Assembly: GCA_045863335.1 (NCBI GenBank)
Contig: BTVY01000060.1
Location: 1 to 30,446 of the forward strand
Reading direction: 5' to 3'
Origin: Candidatus Hydrogenedentota bacterium
GTDB lineage: Bacteria > Hydrogenedentota > Hydrogenedentia > Hydrogenedentales > SLHB01
Length of the DNA: 30,446 nucleotides
The position numbers and the translations under genes are program-made. Under the pieces are notes generated by a model. The model searched no databases and was not told the origin of the DNA. It worked only from the letters and a program-made list of their open reading frames with translations. Positions 8,424 to 17,224 of the stretch are shown here, in pieces (position 1 is the first letter of the stretch; each line of letters starts with the position of its first letter).

Positions 8424-9821
8424 ATGCCCATACGATTCTTCAACACCCTGAGCCGCGCCAAGGAACCGTTCGAGCCCATGGAACCGGGCAAGGTGCGGAT
8501 GTACACCTGCGGTCCAACGGTCTATAACTACGCCCACATCGGCAACCTTCGGACCTTTTTGTTTGAGGATTTGTTGCGCCGTCACCTCAAGTATCGCGGC
8601 TTTGACGTGTATCATGTCATGAACCTCACCGACGTGGAAGACAAGATCATCCGCGCCTGCAAGGAAACCGGAGAACCACTGAAATCGCTGACCGCCAAGT
8701 ACGTCGACGCATTCTTCGAGGATCTCGATGCCCTGGGCGTCGAGCGAGCCGAGGAGTATCCCGCCGCCACGGACCACATCCCCGAAATGGTCGAACTCAT
8801 CAAGACCTTGCGGGACCGCGGGCACACCTACGAGATGGACGGCAGCATCTACTTCAAGCTCAGCACCTTCCCGCAGTACGGCGCGCTCAGCCATTTCGAC
8901 ATGGACCAGCTCAAAAGCGGCGCCAGCGGCCGCGTCGATTCTGACGAGTACGCCACGGAAGACGCGCGCGACTTCGCCTTGTGGAAAGCCTACGACGAGG
9001 ATGATGGCGCCGTGTTCTGGGAAACGGAACTCGGAAAAGGACGCCCGGGCTGGCACATCGAATGCTCCTGCATGAGCATGAAGTACCTCGGCGAATCTTT
9101 CGATATCCACTGCGGCGGCATCGACAATATGTTTCCCCATCACGAGAACGAAATCGCCCAGTCGGAGGCTGCGACGGGAAAACAATTCGTCCGGTACTGG
9201 CTGCACAGCGCCCATCTCTTTGTGGAAAACCGCAAGATGTCAAAGTCCTTGGGCAACATCTACACCCTGCGCGACCTCGTTGCCATGGGACACGATCCGC
9301 TGGCGATCCGATGGACGCTCATCTCCACGCACTACAAGCAGCCTAGCAACTTCACGTTCGAGGGACTGGAAGCCGCGAAGGTCTCCCTGAACCGGATTCG
9401 CGACTTCCGGATACGGCTCGAGGGCATCCGGGGCGAGGGCAGCGACCTGTCGGAAGCCATTGAAACCTGCGAGCGCGCGTTCGGCGACGCCTTGGATGAC
9501 GACCTCAACATCTCCGGCGCCATCGCCGCGGTTTTTGAGTTTATCCGCGAAGCCAACCGGCTCATGGACAAGGACGATTTGAGCCAGGAGGGCGCGAAGA
9601 AGACCCTGGCCATGTTGGATCGATTGAATGCGGTCACGGGGCTGTTCTCCCCGCCGTTGGTCGATGAGGTGCCCCAGTCCATTCTTGACCTCGTCCAGGA
9701 ACGGCAGGACGCCCGCCGGGCCAAAGATTTCGCCCGGGCCGACGCCATCCGCGATCAGCTTATGGCCGAAGGCTGGGTACTGGAAGACACGGCAGACGGC
9801 CCGCGAGTGAAGCGCACGTAG
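8424..9821 (+). CDS. cysS: Cysteine--tRNA ligase
   Basis: [63 protein letters not shown] and the C-terminal '[12 protein letters not shown]'. Confidence 0.98.
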   Translation: MPIRFFNTLSRAKEPFEPMEPGKVRMYTCGPTVYNYAHIGNLRTFLFEDLLRRHLKYRGFDVYHVMNLTDVEDKIIRACKETGEPLKSLTAKYVDAFFEDLDALGVERAEEYPAATDHIPEMVELIKTLRDRGHTYEMDGSIYFKLSTFPQYGALSHFDMDQLKSGASGRVDSDEYATEDARDFALWKAYDEDDGAVFWETELGKGRPGWHIECSCMSMKYLGESFDIHCGGIDNMFPHHENEIAQSEAATGKQFVRYWLHSAHLFVENRKMSKSLGNIYTLRDLVAMGHDPLAIRWTLISTHYKQPSNFTFEGLEAAKVSLNRIRDFRIRLEGIRGEGSDLSEAIETCERAFGDALDDDLNISGAIAAVFEFIREANRLMDKDDLSQEGAKKTLAMLDRLNAVTGLFSPPLVDEVPQSILDLVQERQDARRAKDFARADAIRDQLMAEGWVLEDTADGPRVKRT

Positions 9822-9933
9822 CGATTGCGTTTTCCAAGGCCCAAACGGGTGAAATACGGCAAGAGGCTATGCATCAGCAGGTTAGCTTCCTGTTGACGCC
9901 GCGCTACGGCGACTGATGCCACCGCCCACTCCG

Positions 9934-9962
9934 GGAACTTCGGCGGCCAGAAGGTGTTCAAG
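9934..9962 (+). promoter_or_regulatory. Putative ECF (sigmaE-like) autoregulatory promoter
   Basis: GGAACTT-N16-TTCAAG directly upstream of the ECF sigma gene, close to the RpoE-type GGAACTT-N16-GTCAAA consensus. Confidence 0.55.
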
Positions 9963-9988
9963 TCAATGTGGTTGAGGCGACCCAGACG

Positions 9989-10567
9989 ATGAGCGGGATC
10001 CCGGACTGGGACCTCGTAGCACGCGCGCGCACGGGCGATATGGAATCGTTCGCGCGACTGGTCCGCCGTTACGAAGGCCCCCTGATCCACTTCTGCTACC
10101 GGATGGTCGGCTCCCACCAGGACGCGCAAGATCTGGCGCAGGAAAGTTTCATCCGGGTGTACCGGTATCTGGACCGCCTCAAACCCGAGGCGAAGTTCTC
10201 CACCGCTTTGTTCGGCATGGCTCGAAACCTGACGCTGAACTTTCTTCGGGACACCGGACGGCGAGGGCGCGGTAAACACCGCTCGCTGACCGAAGCCGAT
10301 GATGCGGTGCGCGACATGGCAGATGACTCTAGCAGACCTGACCGGGCAGCGCGGCTGCACGAGATCGAAGGTTTGGTCGAACGAGCTTTGGAGCTGATGA
10401 GTCCCGAACACAAGGAAGTTTTGATTCTGCGCGAGATTCAGGGGCTCGACTACGATGCCATCGCAGCCATTGTCCGTTGCCGTAAAGGAACCGTAAAAAG
10501 CCGGCTGGCCCGCGCGCGGGAACAACTTCGAGCGCGATTGAGCGAACTCGGGGGTGAACTGCTATGA
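9989..10567 (+). CDS. ECF RNA polymerase sigma factor (RpoE/SigW-like)
   Basis: Region 2 'DAQDLAQESFIRVYRYL...FSTALFGMARN' and region 4 'LREIQGLDYDAIAAIVRCRKGTVKSRLARAR'. Start is ATG 9989 or GTG 9968. Confidence 0.93.
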   Translation: MSGIPDWDLVARARTGDMESFARLVRRYEGPLIHFCYRMVGSHQDAQDLAQESFIRVYRYLDRLKPEAKFSTALFGMARNLTLNFLRDTGRRGRGKHRSLTEADDAVRDMADDSSRPDRAARLHEIEGLVERALELMSPEHKEVLILREIQGLDYDAIAAIVRCRKGTVKSRLARAREQLRARLSELGGELL

Positions 10568-11226
10568 ACGACAAACGGTTGAACGAAGAACTCTCGGCAT
10601 ATCTGGATGGCGAGTCGAAAGATACGGCTCGTATTGCGGAGCTGCTGAAGAACGATCCCGAAGCAGCGCGACGGGTTAGCGAGTATTCGGCCCTCTCCGA
10701 GGCGATCAAGGCGCTGCCCGCTCCGGAAGTCCATCCGGCTTTCGCCACGCGCGTGCTGGCACAGGCCCGCGAAACACGACGCGCCTCCGCGTGGAGCCGC
10801 GCACCGCGACTGGCCGGGGGTGCCGTGCTTTCGGCGCTGATCGTGGGCTTCTGCGTGTGGACGATGCTTCCCAGAACGGTCCCGAGTATCCCCCAGGAAC
10901 AAGAGCCCGAGGTTGCCGCCGTATTGGAACTCCGTCATAGCGAGGAACCGTTGGGGCCCTTCGCTTCGCTTATGGACGAGGATTTGCTCGACAGCTCGGT
11001 CGCGTTGACGGAAGGAGATATTGCTCCCTCCGATGAAACCCAACTTGCGGCGGATGAAGCCTCAATGGAATCGGCGGTCGAGAGTATCGTCTGGCTCGCA
11101 TCTGCGGCGCCCTCGGGCTCCGACTCCGACGAACTCGATGTCATGCTTGGCGACTTGGACGATACCGAAATTACCGTGCTCCGCGAATTGCTCGTAGAGT
11201 ACGCCATGGAGGATAACGCAATATGA
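10564..11226 (+). CDS. Membrane anti-sigma factor (RseA/RsiW-like)
   Basis: N-terminal 'EELSAYLDGE', a single TM 'LAGGAVLSALIVGFCVWTML' and an acidic extracytoplasmic C-terminus. Overlaps the sigma stop by 4 bp. Confidence 0.82.
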   Translation: MNDKRLNEELSAYLDGESKDTARIAELLKNDPEAARRVSEYSALSEAIKALPAPEVHPAFATRVLAQARETRRASAWSRAPRLAGGAVLSALIVGFCVWTMLPRTVPSIPQEQEPEVAAVLELRHSEEPLGPFASLMDEDLLDSSVALTEGDIAPSDETQLAADEASMESAVESIVWLASAAPSGSDSDELDVMLGDLDDTEITVLRELLVEYAMEDNAI

Positions 11227-11882
11227 ATCAGCTCGTGAAATTGGGCTGCCTGGTACTTGCCTTCGCCTTGCTACCCGCGTCGGGATTCGCTGAAGAGGAA
11301 GTCTGTGAAGGCGACGCGAAGCCGAAGGACGAATGGCGCGGCGACAAGCCGGACGAATGGAAAGATCAGGAAATTCGCGAGATGGTGACCACGGTTATGA
11401 TGGTTCGCATGTCGCGGGAGTTGGAATTGACGGACGAACAAACGGTACTGATGGTCCGCAATTTCGGCGACCTGCGCGATACACTTTCTGAACTCGGCGA
11501 ACAACGCGGCAACTTGATTGACACCCTTCGCGATAAGGTGGGCAACGACGCTCCCGATGCCGAGATCGAACCCATCCTGGACCAGCTCATGGCGCTGGAT
11601 GAGAAACGGGATACCGTGCGGGAAGAGGCCTTCGAGAAAGCCAGCGCGGATCTGACGGTCGCACAACGAGCGAAACTCTATATTTTCGTTCAAGATTTTG
11701 AGTGGCACATGCGCCGGTTGATTCAGAAGGCCCGCGAGGTGGGCGGCGATCGGGTCAAGCGCTGGCATGACGAAGTCGTTAATGGGGAGGACCGACGCCC
11801 GAACGATTCGCATCACGACGACCAGCAAGACGACCACGAGAAGGCGCAGGATAAGCCTGGCGAGAATCCGCCCAAGCAATAA
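11223..11882 (+). CDS. Secreted Spy/CpxP/heavy-metal-sensor-like helical protein
   Basis: Signal peptide ending ASGFA-EE and two LTxxQ motifs ('LELTDEQ', 'LTVAQRAKL'). Third gene of an ECF/anti-sigma operon with ATGA overlap. Confidence 0.7.
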   Translation: MNQLVKLGCLVLAFALLPASGFAEEEVCEGDAKPKDEWRGDKPDEWKDQEIREMVTTVMMVRMSRELELTDEQTVLMVRNFGDLRDTLSELGEQRGNLIDTLRDKVGNDAPDAEIEPILDQLMALDEKRDTVREEAFEKASADLTVAQRAKLYIFVQDFEWHMRRLIQKAREVGGDRVKRWHDEVVNGEDRRPNDSHHDDQQDDHEKAQDKPGENPPKQ

Positions 11883-11907
11883 CTCCACTCTTGTTTTTTG
11901 CAATCAC

Positions 11908-11944
11908 GCGGACGGTCCCATACGGGTCCGTCCGCAGTCTTTTT
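11908..11944 (+). terminator. Putative intrinsic terminator of the ECF operon
   Basis: GCGGACGG-TCCC-ATAC-GGGT-CCGTCCGC hairpin followed by AGTCTTTTT. Confidence 0.55.
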
Positions 11945-12028
11945 GGGGAAACGGTTGGCCCGGCCCGCCACAGCCTGATACAGTTCTCCTGGCTAGAACG
12001 CTGTACAAAAAAGAAGGAGCGCTTGCCC

Positions 12029-13342
12029 ATGGGAATCTGGCTGATCGTCGCGGTCACCGTATGTTCCGGTCCCGAGTTCTCCATGCCATTGTTGTTGCCG
12101 CAACACCTGGTTGATGCGCAGTCGGTTCATCTGGAACCGCAACGGCCCGAACCCGGCTTGACATTGTTCGAGAAAGATCTGGACCGCCCTTCCCTGTGGT
12201 ACGCGCCGGTCGCGTCGCGGACCTTGGACGACGGCACGATCCAACTCTGGTACCAACGCGTAAACAAGGGCGAGGAGGATTACTTCGATCAGCGCACGCT
12301 GTGCCTGGGTGAGATTCGAGACGGCCGGTGGGTATTGGCCGAGCTGAATCCCGAACCGCCAACCTGGGGCGGCACGAACAACGTCTGCATGCTCCGCTCA
12401 CCGCACACGCCGACCTGGGGCGGATTCAACGTCTTCCAGATCGTCGAGGTCGACGGCGTACTGCAAATGCTCTACTGGGACCAGCCGCCGGAATCGGGCG
12501 ACGCCGGCGCCATGCGCGCGACCTCCACGGACGGGCGAACGTGGGACAAGCAACTCAAAACGGTCTTCACCGAGCACAACGACGCGTACAGTCTCATCTA
12601 CGAGAAGGGCGAATACGTCCTCTACCAAACCGCTCTGGAACCCTGGCCGGACAAGCCGTTCTCGGACAACCTGGACAAATTCAAACGGGTCTTGTCGATC
12701 CGCACATCGGAGGATCTCGAGACGTGGACGCCGCAGGAGATCTTCCTGCGCCCCGATGACCAGGACCCACCCGAGACGGAGTTCTACCTCATGAAGGTCT
12801 TCCGCTATGGAAGCGCCTACGCGGGGCTTATCATGAAGTACTACGCCGACCCGGCGAAGCCGAACGAACACAGCGCCATCCTCAGCAATGAACTTGTCGT
12901 CAGTGAAGATACGCGGACCTGGGAACGCCCGTTTCGCGACACCGACACAGGCTTCTGGAGCTACGCCGATCCCTTCATGCTGGACGGCAAGATGCACTTC
13001 GCCATCTGGAAGGACGGCGGTATGGTGACGGTCGCCTACCCCAAAGACCGGATGGTCGCCGCCGTAGCGGGGGACGAGGTCGGCACTCTTACGACGCAAC
13101 CCTTTGAACGTCCCGAGTCCGGCGGTTTAACGCTCAATGCGGACGCTTCCAACGGCTGGATCGAGGTGGAGTTGCTGGACGGTTCGGGGAAACCGGTTCA
13201 GGATGTGAAAGCGGAACGGATTGAAGGGGTTGACGGCGAAGGGATCGCGCTGAACTGGAACCCCTCTGACTTACCCGCGGATTGCATCCTGCGGGTCCGT
13301 ATGAAGAACGCGCGTCTGTTCGCCGTCGGCGCGCGCCCCTGA
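12029..13342 (+). CDS. Hypothetical secreted beta-propeller protein, GH32/GH43-like fold with a C-terminal beta-sandwich
   Basis: Asp-box-like repeats 'ATSTDGRTW', 'RTSEDLETW' and 'VSEDTRTW'. C-terminal 'LTLNADA..GWIEVELLD..GKP'. ATG 12029 follows AAGGAG. Confidence 0.65.
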   Translation: MGIWLIVAVTVCSGPEFSMPLLLPQHLVDAQSVHLEPQRPEPGLTLFEKDLDRPSLWYAPVASRTLDDGTIQLWYQRVNKGEEDYFDQRTLCLGEIRDGRWVLAELNPEPPTWGGTNNVCMLRSPHTPTWGGFNVFQIVEVDGVLQMLYWDQPPESGDAGAMRATSTDGRTWDKQLKTVFTEHNDAYSLIYEKGEYVLYQTALEPWPDKPFSDNLDKFKRVLSIRTSEDLETWTPQEIFLRPDDQDPPETEFYLMKVFRYGSAYAGLIMKYYADPAKPNEHSAILSNELVVSEDTRTWERPFRDTDTGFWSYADPFMLDGKMHFAIWKDGGMVTVAYPKDRMVAAVAGDEVGTLTTQPFERPESGGLTLNADASNGWIEVELLDGSGKPVQDVKAERIEGVDGEGIALNWNPSDLPADCILRVRMKNARLFAVGARP

Positions 13343-13346
13343 ACGA

Positions 13347-13382
13347 AACACGGCCCGCGAGGTGTCCCTCGCGGGCCGTGTT
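13347..13382. terminator. Bidirectional intrinsic terminator between convergent genes
   Basis: Perfect 16-bp inverted repeat AACACGGCCCGCGAGG / CCTCGCGGGCCGTGTT with a 4-nt loop TGTC, between stops at 13342 (+) and 13407 (-). Confidence 0.85.
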
Positions 13383-13406
13383 GTCATTAATGCCTATTCG
13401 GAACGC

Positions 13407-14309
13407 TTACTCGGCCGCAGCGACCTTCACTTCTTCCGGCTGTTCCGTGGACTCAGCGGCAGCAACTTCGGCCTGCTCGGGGAGCAACACCTGGTCGATG
13501 GCGTGAATGTAACCATTGCTCGCGGCGATATCGGCGCGCACAACATTCGCGGAACCAATCGTGGTCTTGCCGCTCACAGAGCACTGCTTGGCGCCCAGGC
13601 TGGAACATACCGCGCCTTCCTTGGCCAAGTCGGCCGCCGGAATCGCGCCATCAATGATGTGGCGGGCAAGAACAGCCTGCATGGCTTCGTCATCCTGCAA
13701 CAGGGAAGCCCACTGTTCCGCCGGGAGCTTCTGGAAGGCTTCGTTTGTCGGGGCAAGAATCGTCTTCGGCTGCGGGCAGTTCAGCTTGTCCATCATGCCG
13801 GCCGCACGAGCCGCCAAAAGCAGGGTCGAGAACGAGCCGTCCTGGATCGCGGTGTTCACAATGTCCTTCTGGCCGCTGGGGCACACGCCGCCTTCGCAAT
13901 CGCCCTTCTCGGCGACCTGCTTGCCCGAGGTCGGGCAGACACCGCCTTCACAATCCGAGCCCTTGTCGGCAACCTGCTTGCCCGTCAAGGGGCAAACGCC
14001 GTCTCCGCAAGCGCCGTCTTTGGCAAAACCGGCTTCCGTGCCAGCCGTGGTGTTCACGGCAGGCTTCGCAGCGCCATCAGGGCAGCACTCGCCCTTACCT
14101 TCGGCTTTGGCTGCCTTCAGCGAAAGATTGCAGGTCCCCTCGGCTTTCGCGGCCTTGGCATCGGAACTACAGGTACCCTCGGCCTTCGCCGCCTTCCCCG
14201 ACAAGGGACACGTACCATCGCCCGCGGTGGCGATGAAGCTGCCCGCGGCCACGGCCGCTACAGCGAGAAACGACGCGGGCTTCAGAATCTTCATCAGCTT
14301 TTCTTTCAT
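13407..14309 (-). CDS. Secreted fasciclin (FAS1) domain protein with Cys-rich N-terminal repeats
   Basis: Signal peptide, FAS1 motifs 'DIVNTA..GSFSTLL.A..AAG', 'TILAPTNEAFQKLP' and 'ANVVRADIAASNGYIHAIDQVLLP'. AAGGAG SD upstream. Confidence 0.9.
   Translation of the reverse strand: MKEKLMKILKPASFLAVAAVAAGSFIATAGDGTCPLSGKAAKAEGTCSSDAKAAKAEGTCNLSLKAAKAEGKGECCPDGAAKPAVNTTAGTEAGFAKDGACGDGVCPLTGKQVADKGSDCEGGVCPTSGKQVAEKGDCEGGVCPSGQKDIVNTAIQDGSFSTLLLAARAAGMMDKLNCPQPKTILAPTNEAFQKLPAEQWASLLQDDEAMQAVLARHIIDGAIPAADLAKEGAVCSSLGAKQCSVSGKTTIGSANVVRADIAASNGYIHAIDQVLLPEQAEVAAAESTEQPEEVKVAAAE
13869..14210 (-). repeat. Intragenic tandem repeats encoding Cys-rich peptides
   Basis: Three ~39-bp units (KAAKAEG[T/K]) and three ~54-57-bp units (CxxGVCPxxGKQVAxKG), visible at the DNA level, for example 'acctgcttgcccg' twice and 'ccgccttc(g/a)caatc' twice. 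Confidence 0.85.
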
Positions 14310-14490
14310 GTTCGGTGCTCCTTCACAATGTTCGGGAAAGCACAGTGGCCGCCCCTAAGTTCCCAATGATTGCGATGTGTAAACAGCCCGTTACGGCGCA
14401 AACATTCCCGGCCAGTGCCGACAATGGAAGCCCCTTCGACGAGCATCATTCCAGCCTTGCAACCGGGTTTCAGCTTAACACGAATCCGGC

Positions 14491-14685
14491 TCAAAAGAAA
14501 GGCGAAGCCCAGACACCTATAAGTATTCCGAAACCGTCCGCAATCAGGTCACCTAAACTCGCCGCCCCACCCGAAAGCGCGTCGTACGCTTCCTTACCTA
14601 TACCGGCCAGCCACGCCAGGCCAGGACTCGTGAAGGCGATGATAAAGCTGAACCAGAAATGCAGAAGTTTATCCGTGCCAATCAT
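14491..14685 (-). CDS. Small YfiM/DUF2279-like (VanZ-like) membrane protein
   Basis: 64 aa with the family pattern DKxxHF...GxGKExxD......DLxADxxG. Confidence 0.7.
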   Translation of the reverse strand: MIGTDKLLHFWFSFIIAFTSPGLAWLAGIGKEAYDALSGGAASLGDLIADGFGILIGVWASPFF

Positions 14686-14846
14686 TTAAGCAAAGCCCCC
14701 ATAATTCCGGAATCCGATGAATCATGCCCAAGCATACCGCCCCAAGCCCGAGAAAGCCACCTGATGCACCGGCATCCGGCAAAATACCGCCGAATCTGGT
14801 ATAGTTCCAGAACTCGTGGAATTACTACCCTCCCGAGAACCTGGAA

Positions 14847-16070
14847 ATGCAGAGATCCTCTATTCCCACTTTCGTGCGAACTGCTTTCGTCCTCGTACTC
14901 GCCATGTTGTTCCTGTACCTCGTCACCGTTCTGGCGGAAGCGATGAGCCCCTGGATGGAGTCGACGTTTGCCAAGGGCGTTTACCGCGTCACGTTCTTCG
15001 TGCGTTTGCCAGCCGCTGTCGTGGGCTCAATCTTCTTTCCCTTGGACGCCTCACACCATTGGCCACTCGGACTGACCATTTTCTCCTGCGCCGGCGCGCC
15101 AATCTTCTGGTACGGCGTCTGGCGAGGACTCCGCGCCGCTGTCCGCGCCGGCTCACGCCGGTTTTCTACGCCGACAACAGTGGAGCCAATTCAAGCCGGC
15201 GAAGCTGATTTAACCCGGCGCGTCTTCCTTGGACGTATGGCCATGGGCGCGGGAATCGTGGTCCCTGGCGGAACCGGAACGTATGGCGTGTTGCTGGAAC
15301 CGCAAGATCTCCAGGTCCGGAGGTACACCATTCCCATCACCGACCTGCCGCCGTCGCTATCCGGTGTGCGGATTGCCCATGTCTCGGATCTGCATTACGG
15401 CCCCTGCATCACCCTCCAATACTTGCGGCGCGCGCTGGTCGTTGTCGCGGAGCTGAACCCCGATTTCGTGATCCTCACGGGCGACTACACGCAGAAGACT
15501 TGGAAGGCCATCGAGCCGGGTATCGAGCTGCTGGGCGCGCTCCAACCGAAGTACGGCATGGCGGCCGTGCTCGGGAACCACGACTACTGGGAAGGACCGG
15601 ATATCACGGTCCGCGCGATGGAACGGCTCAGCATCCCGGTCCTGACCAACAAGAATCGTTATCTGACGCCGGAAGGCTTGGGAGAGCATTGCATCCCCGG
15701 CCAATCGCTCTGCATCGCCGGCATCGACGACCTTTGGGAAGGGACGCCTTCCATCGACAAGGCGTTGGCCGGCGTCCCACGCGAGGTGCCGCGACTGGTG
15801 CTCTCCCACAATCCCGACTGCGCCGAACACGCGCCGCCCGGAATCCGCGTGGACCTCATGTGCTCCGGACATACCCACGGCGGCCAGGTGCAGTTCCCGC
15901 TCGTCGGCGCGCCCATCGTGCCCAGCGCATACGGACAGAAATACGTGGGTGGACTATGCGCGGGTCCTCAGTTCCCAGTGCTCGTGTCTCGCGGCGTGGG
16001 TATGGCCATGTTTCCTGTGCGCCTCGGCGTTCCGCCTGAAGTGGGCCTCATCACCCTCGAGCGAGCCTAA
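14847..16070 (+). CDS. YkuE/YaeI-like membrane-anchored metallophosphoesterase
   Basis: SDLHYG, TGDY, VLGNHDY, LSHNPD, SGHTHGGQV and VSRGVG...R...PPE. N-terminal TM segments and an internal TRRVFL motif. Confidence 0.92.
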   Translation: MQRSSIPTFVRTAFVLVLAMLFLYLVTVLAEAMSPWMESTFAKGVYRVTFFVRLPAAVVGSIFFPLDASHHWPLGLTIFSCAGAPIFWYGVWRGLRAAVRAGSRRFSTPTTVEPIQAGEADLTRRVFLGRMAMGAGIVVPGGTGTYGVLLEPQDLQVRRYTIPITDLPPSLSGVRIAHVSDLHYGPCITLQYLRRALVVVAELNPDFVILTGDYTQKTWKAIEPGIELLGALQPKYGMAAVLGNHDYWEGPDITVRAMERLSIPVLTNKNRYLTPEGLGEHCIPGQSLCIAGIDDLWEGTPSIDKALAGVPREVPRLVLSHNPDCAEHAPPGIRVDLMCSGHTHGGQVQFPLVGAPIVPSAYGQKYVGGLCAGPQFPVLVSRGVGMAMFPVRLGVPPEVGLITLERA

Positions 16071-16081
16071 CCGCGCGAGTC

Positions 16082-16462
16082 CTACTCGTCGGGATACATC
16101 TCCGGCCGCAACCCGATGTTGACGATGCTGCACGCGTTGATGGCGTTCAGTCCGCGACCCTTGGCTTCTTCCAACACTTCAGCATCTTCCGATCCCGGGT
16201 TAAAGAACAACTCGCCTGGATTCACGGCCTGAATGTCGTCAAGCATGGTCTTGCCCACCGCCGGTGGCACATACATGGAAACCCGGTCCAACGGCACCGG
16301 CACTTCCTTGATCGACTTGTACGCCTTAATTCCTTCGACTTCGTCAGCTTTCGCGTTCACGGGATAGACGGTCCACCCGCCGTCCCGAAACGCGCGCACC
16401 GCCTTGTTGCCGTACTTCTTCCGATCCGTTGACGCGCCGATAATGGCAATGGTTTTGCTCAT
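16082..16462 (-). CDS. CoA-binding protein (YccU-like)
   Basis: 'TIAIIGASTDRKKYGNKAV...VYPVN...GIKAYKSI', 'FFNPG' and 'NACSIV'. Confidence 0.9.
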   Translation of the reverse strand: MSKTIAIIGASTDRKKYGNKAVRAFRDGGWTVYPVNAKADEVEGIKAYKSIKEVPVPLDRVSMYVPPAVGKTMLDDIQAVNPGELFFNPGSEDAEVLEEAKGRGLNAINACSIVNIGLRPEMYPDE

Positions 16463-16483
16463 GGTCTAAACATCCTCACGGGG

Positions 16484-17125
16484 TTACGATTCTGCGCCGG
16501 GCGGGTTCGCTATTGCAGATCCGCCGGCAGCCTCTTCAATACTCGTTTTCACATAGTTTGCGATGTCTTCCGCGGGTTCATCCACCAGTATGCGCCGAAA
16601 GGCCGGCAGCGTAACGAGACCGATTGTGTTGTTCGTCACATCGATAGTCATGGAAAGGTGGATCGGCAGCGTGCCTTGCTTTTCCGATCCGTCGAAGTGG
16701 GTCGACCCCGATTCCCCCAGCGTGATACCGGAGGTGTAGGAACAATACTTCGCGGCAATTTGTACTTCGGCGGTTGCGTAGAAGGGGGACCAGAAGGACC
16801 GCTTCTCGCGGACTTCCGCCAGTACCAACGGAAAATCATCGGATCCCGGATCGTTGTTCAACAGATACACCTCAAAACCGGCCTCCTCCAGATGCCGCCT
16901 CAAGGCTGCGGCCAGCGCACTCCCTATTCCAACCCGATCCTCCACGTGGAGCATAACGCGCGTGACGTCAGTCGTGTGTGTGGCATCTGGATTGCTCGAA
17001 CTGGCGCGCGTCATCTGTGACGAAGCATTTGTCTTGGAGCGGGCCACGTGAAAATTGGCCGTCAAGGTCAATAGCCCAAAGACCGCCAACACAACGACCA
17101 GGATCGACCACTTGATGCGCTTCAT
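16484..17125 (-). CDS. Hypothetical exported or membrane-anchored protein
   Basis: 213 aa with a basic N-terminus and hydrophobic helix. It fills the gap co-oriented with its neighbours. No motif recognised. Confidence 0.6.
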   Translation of the reverse strand: MKRIKWSILVVVLAVFGLLTLTANFHVARSKTNASSQMTRASSSNPDATHTTDVTRVMLHVEDRVGIGSALAAALRRHLEEAGFEVYLLNNDPGSDDFPLVLAEVREKRSFWSPFYATAEVQIAAKYCSYTSGITLGESGSTHFDGSEKQGTLPIHLSMTIDVTNNTIGLVTLPAFRRILVDEPAEDIANYVKTSIEEAAGGSAIANPPGAES

Positions 17126-17224
17126 TGGTGCGAATTATCCCAAAAGTTAAGCCTCAGTGACCCGAAGTGAGCCTAGTCTCCCGCGACGGCAAAGCGCAAC
17201 TGTTCCTTTCAACGGGATTCCCCG

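Noticed and set aside
13869-14210. Repeats considered as a possible CRISPR array
   Set aside because: The units are in-frame, degenerate at third codon positions and lack unique spacers. No cas genes are present.
13362-14369. 335-aa and 280-aa plus-strand ORFs with internal repeats
   Set aside because: Antisense to the fasciclin gene, which has the SD, signal peptide and FAS1 motifs. Their repeats just mirror its repeats.
14306-14494. 62-aa minus-strand ORF between the YfiM-like gene and the fasciclin gene
   Set aside because: No recognisable features, and it spans the probable promoter and SD of the fasciclin gene. More likely non-coding, although the 4-bp overlaps at both ends mean it is not fully excluded.
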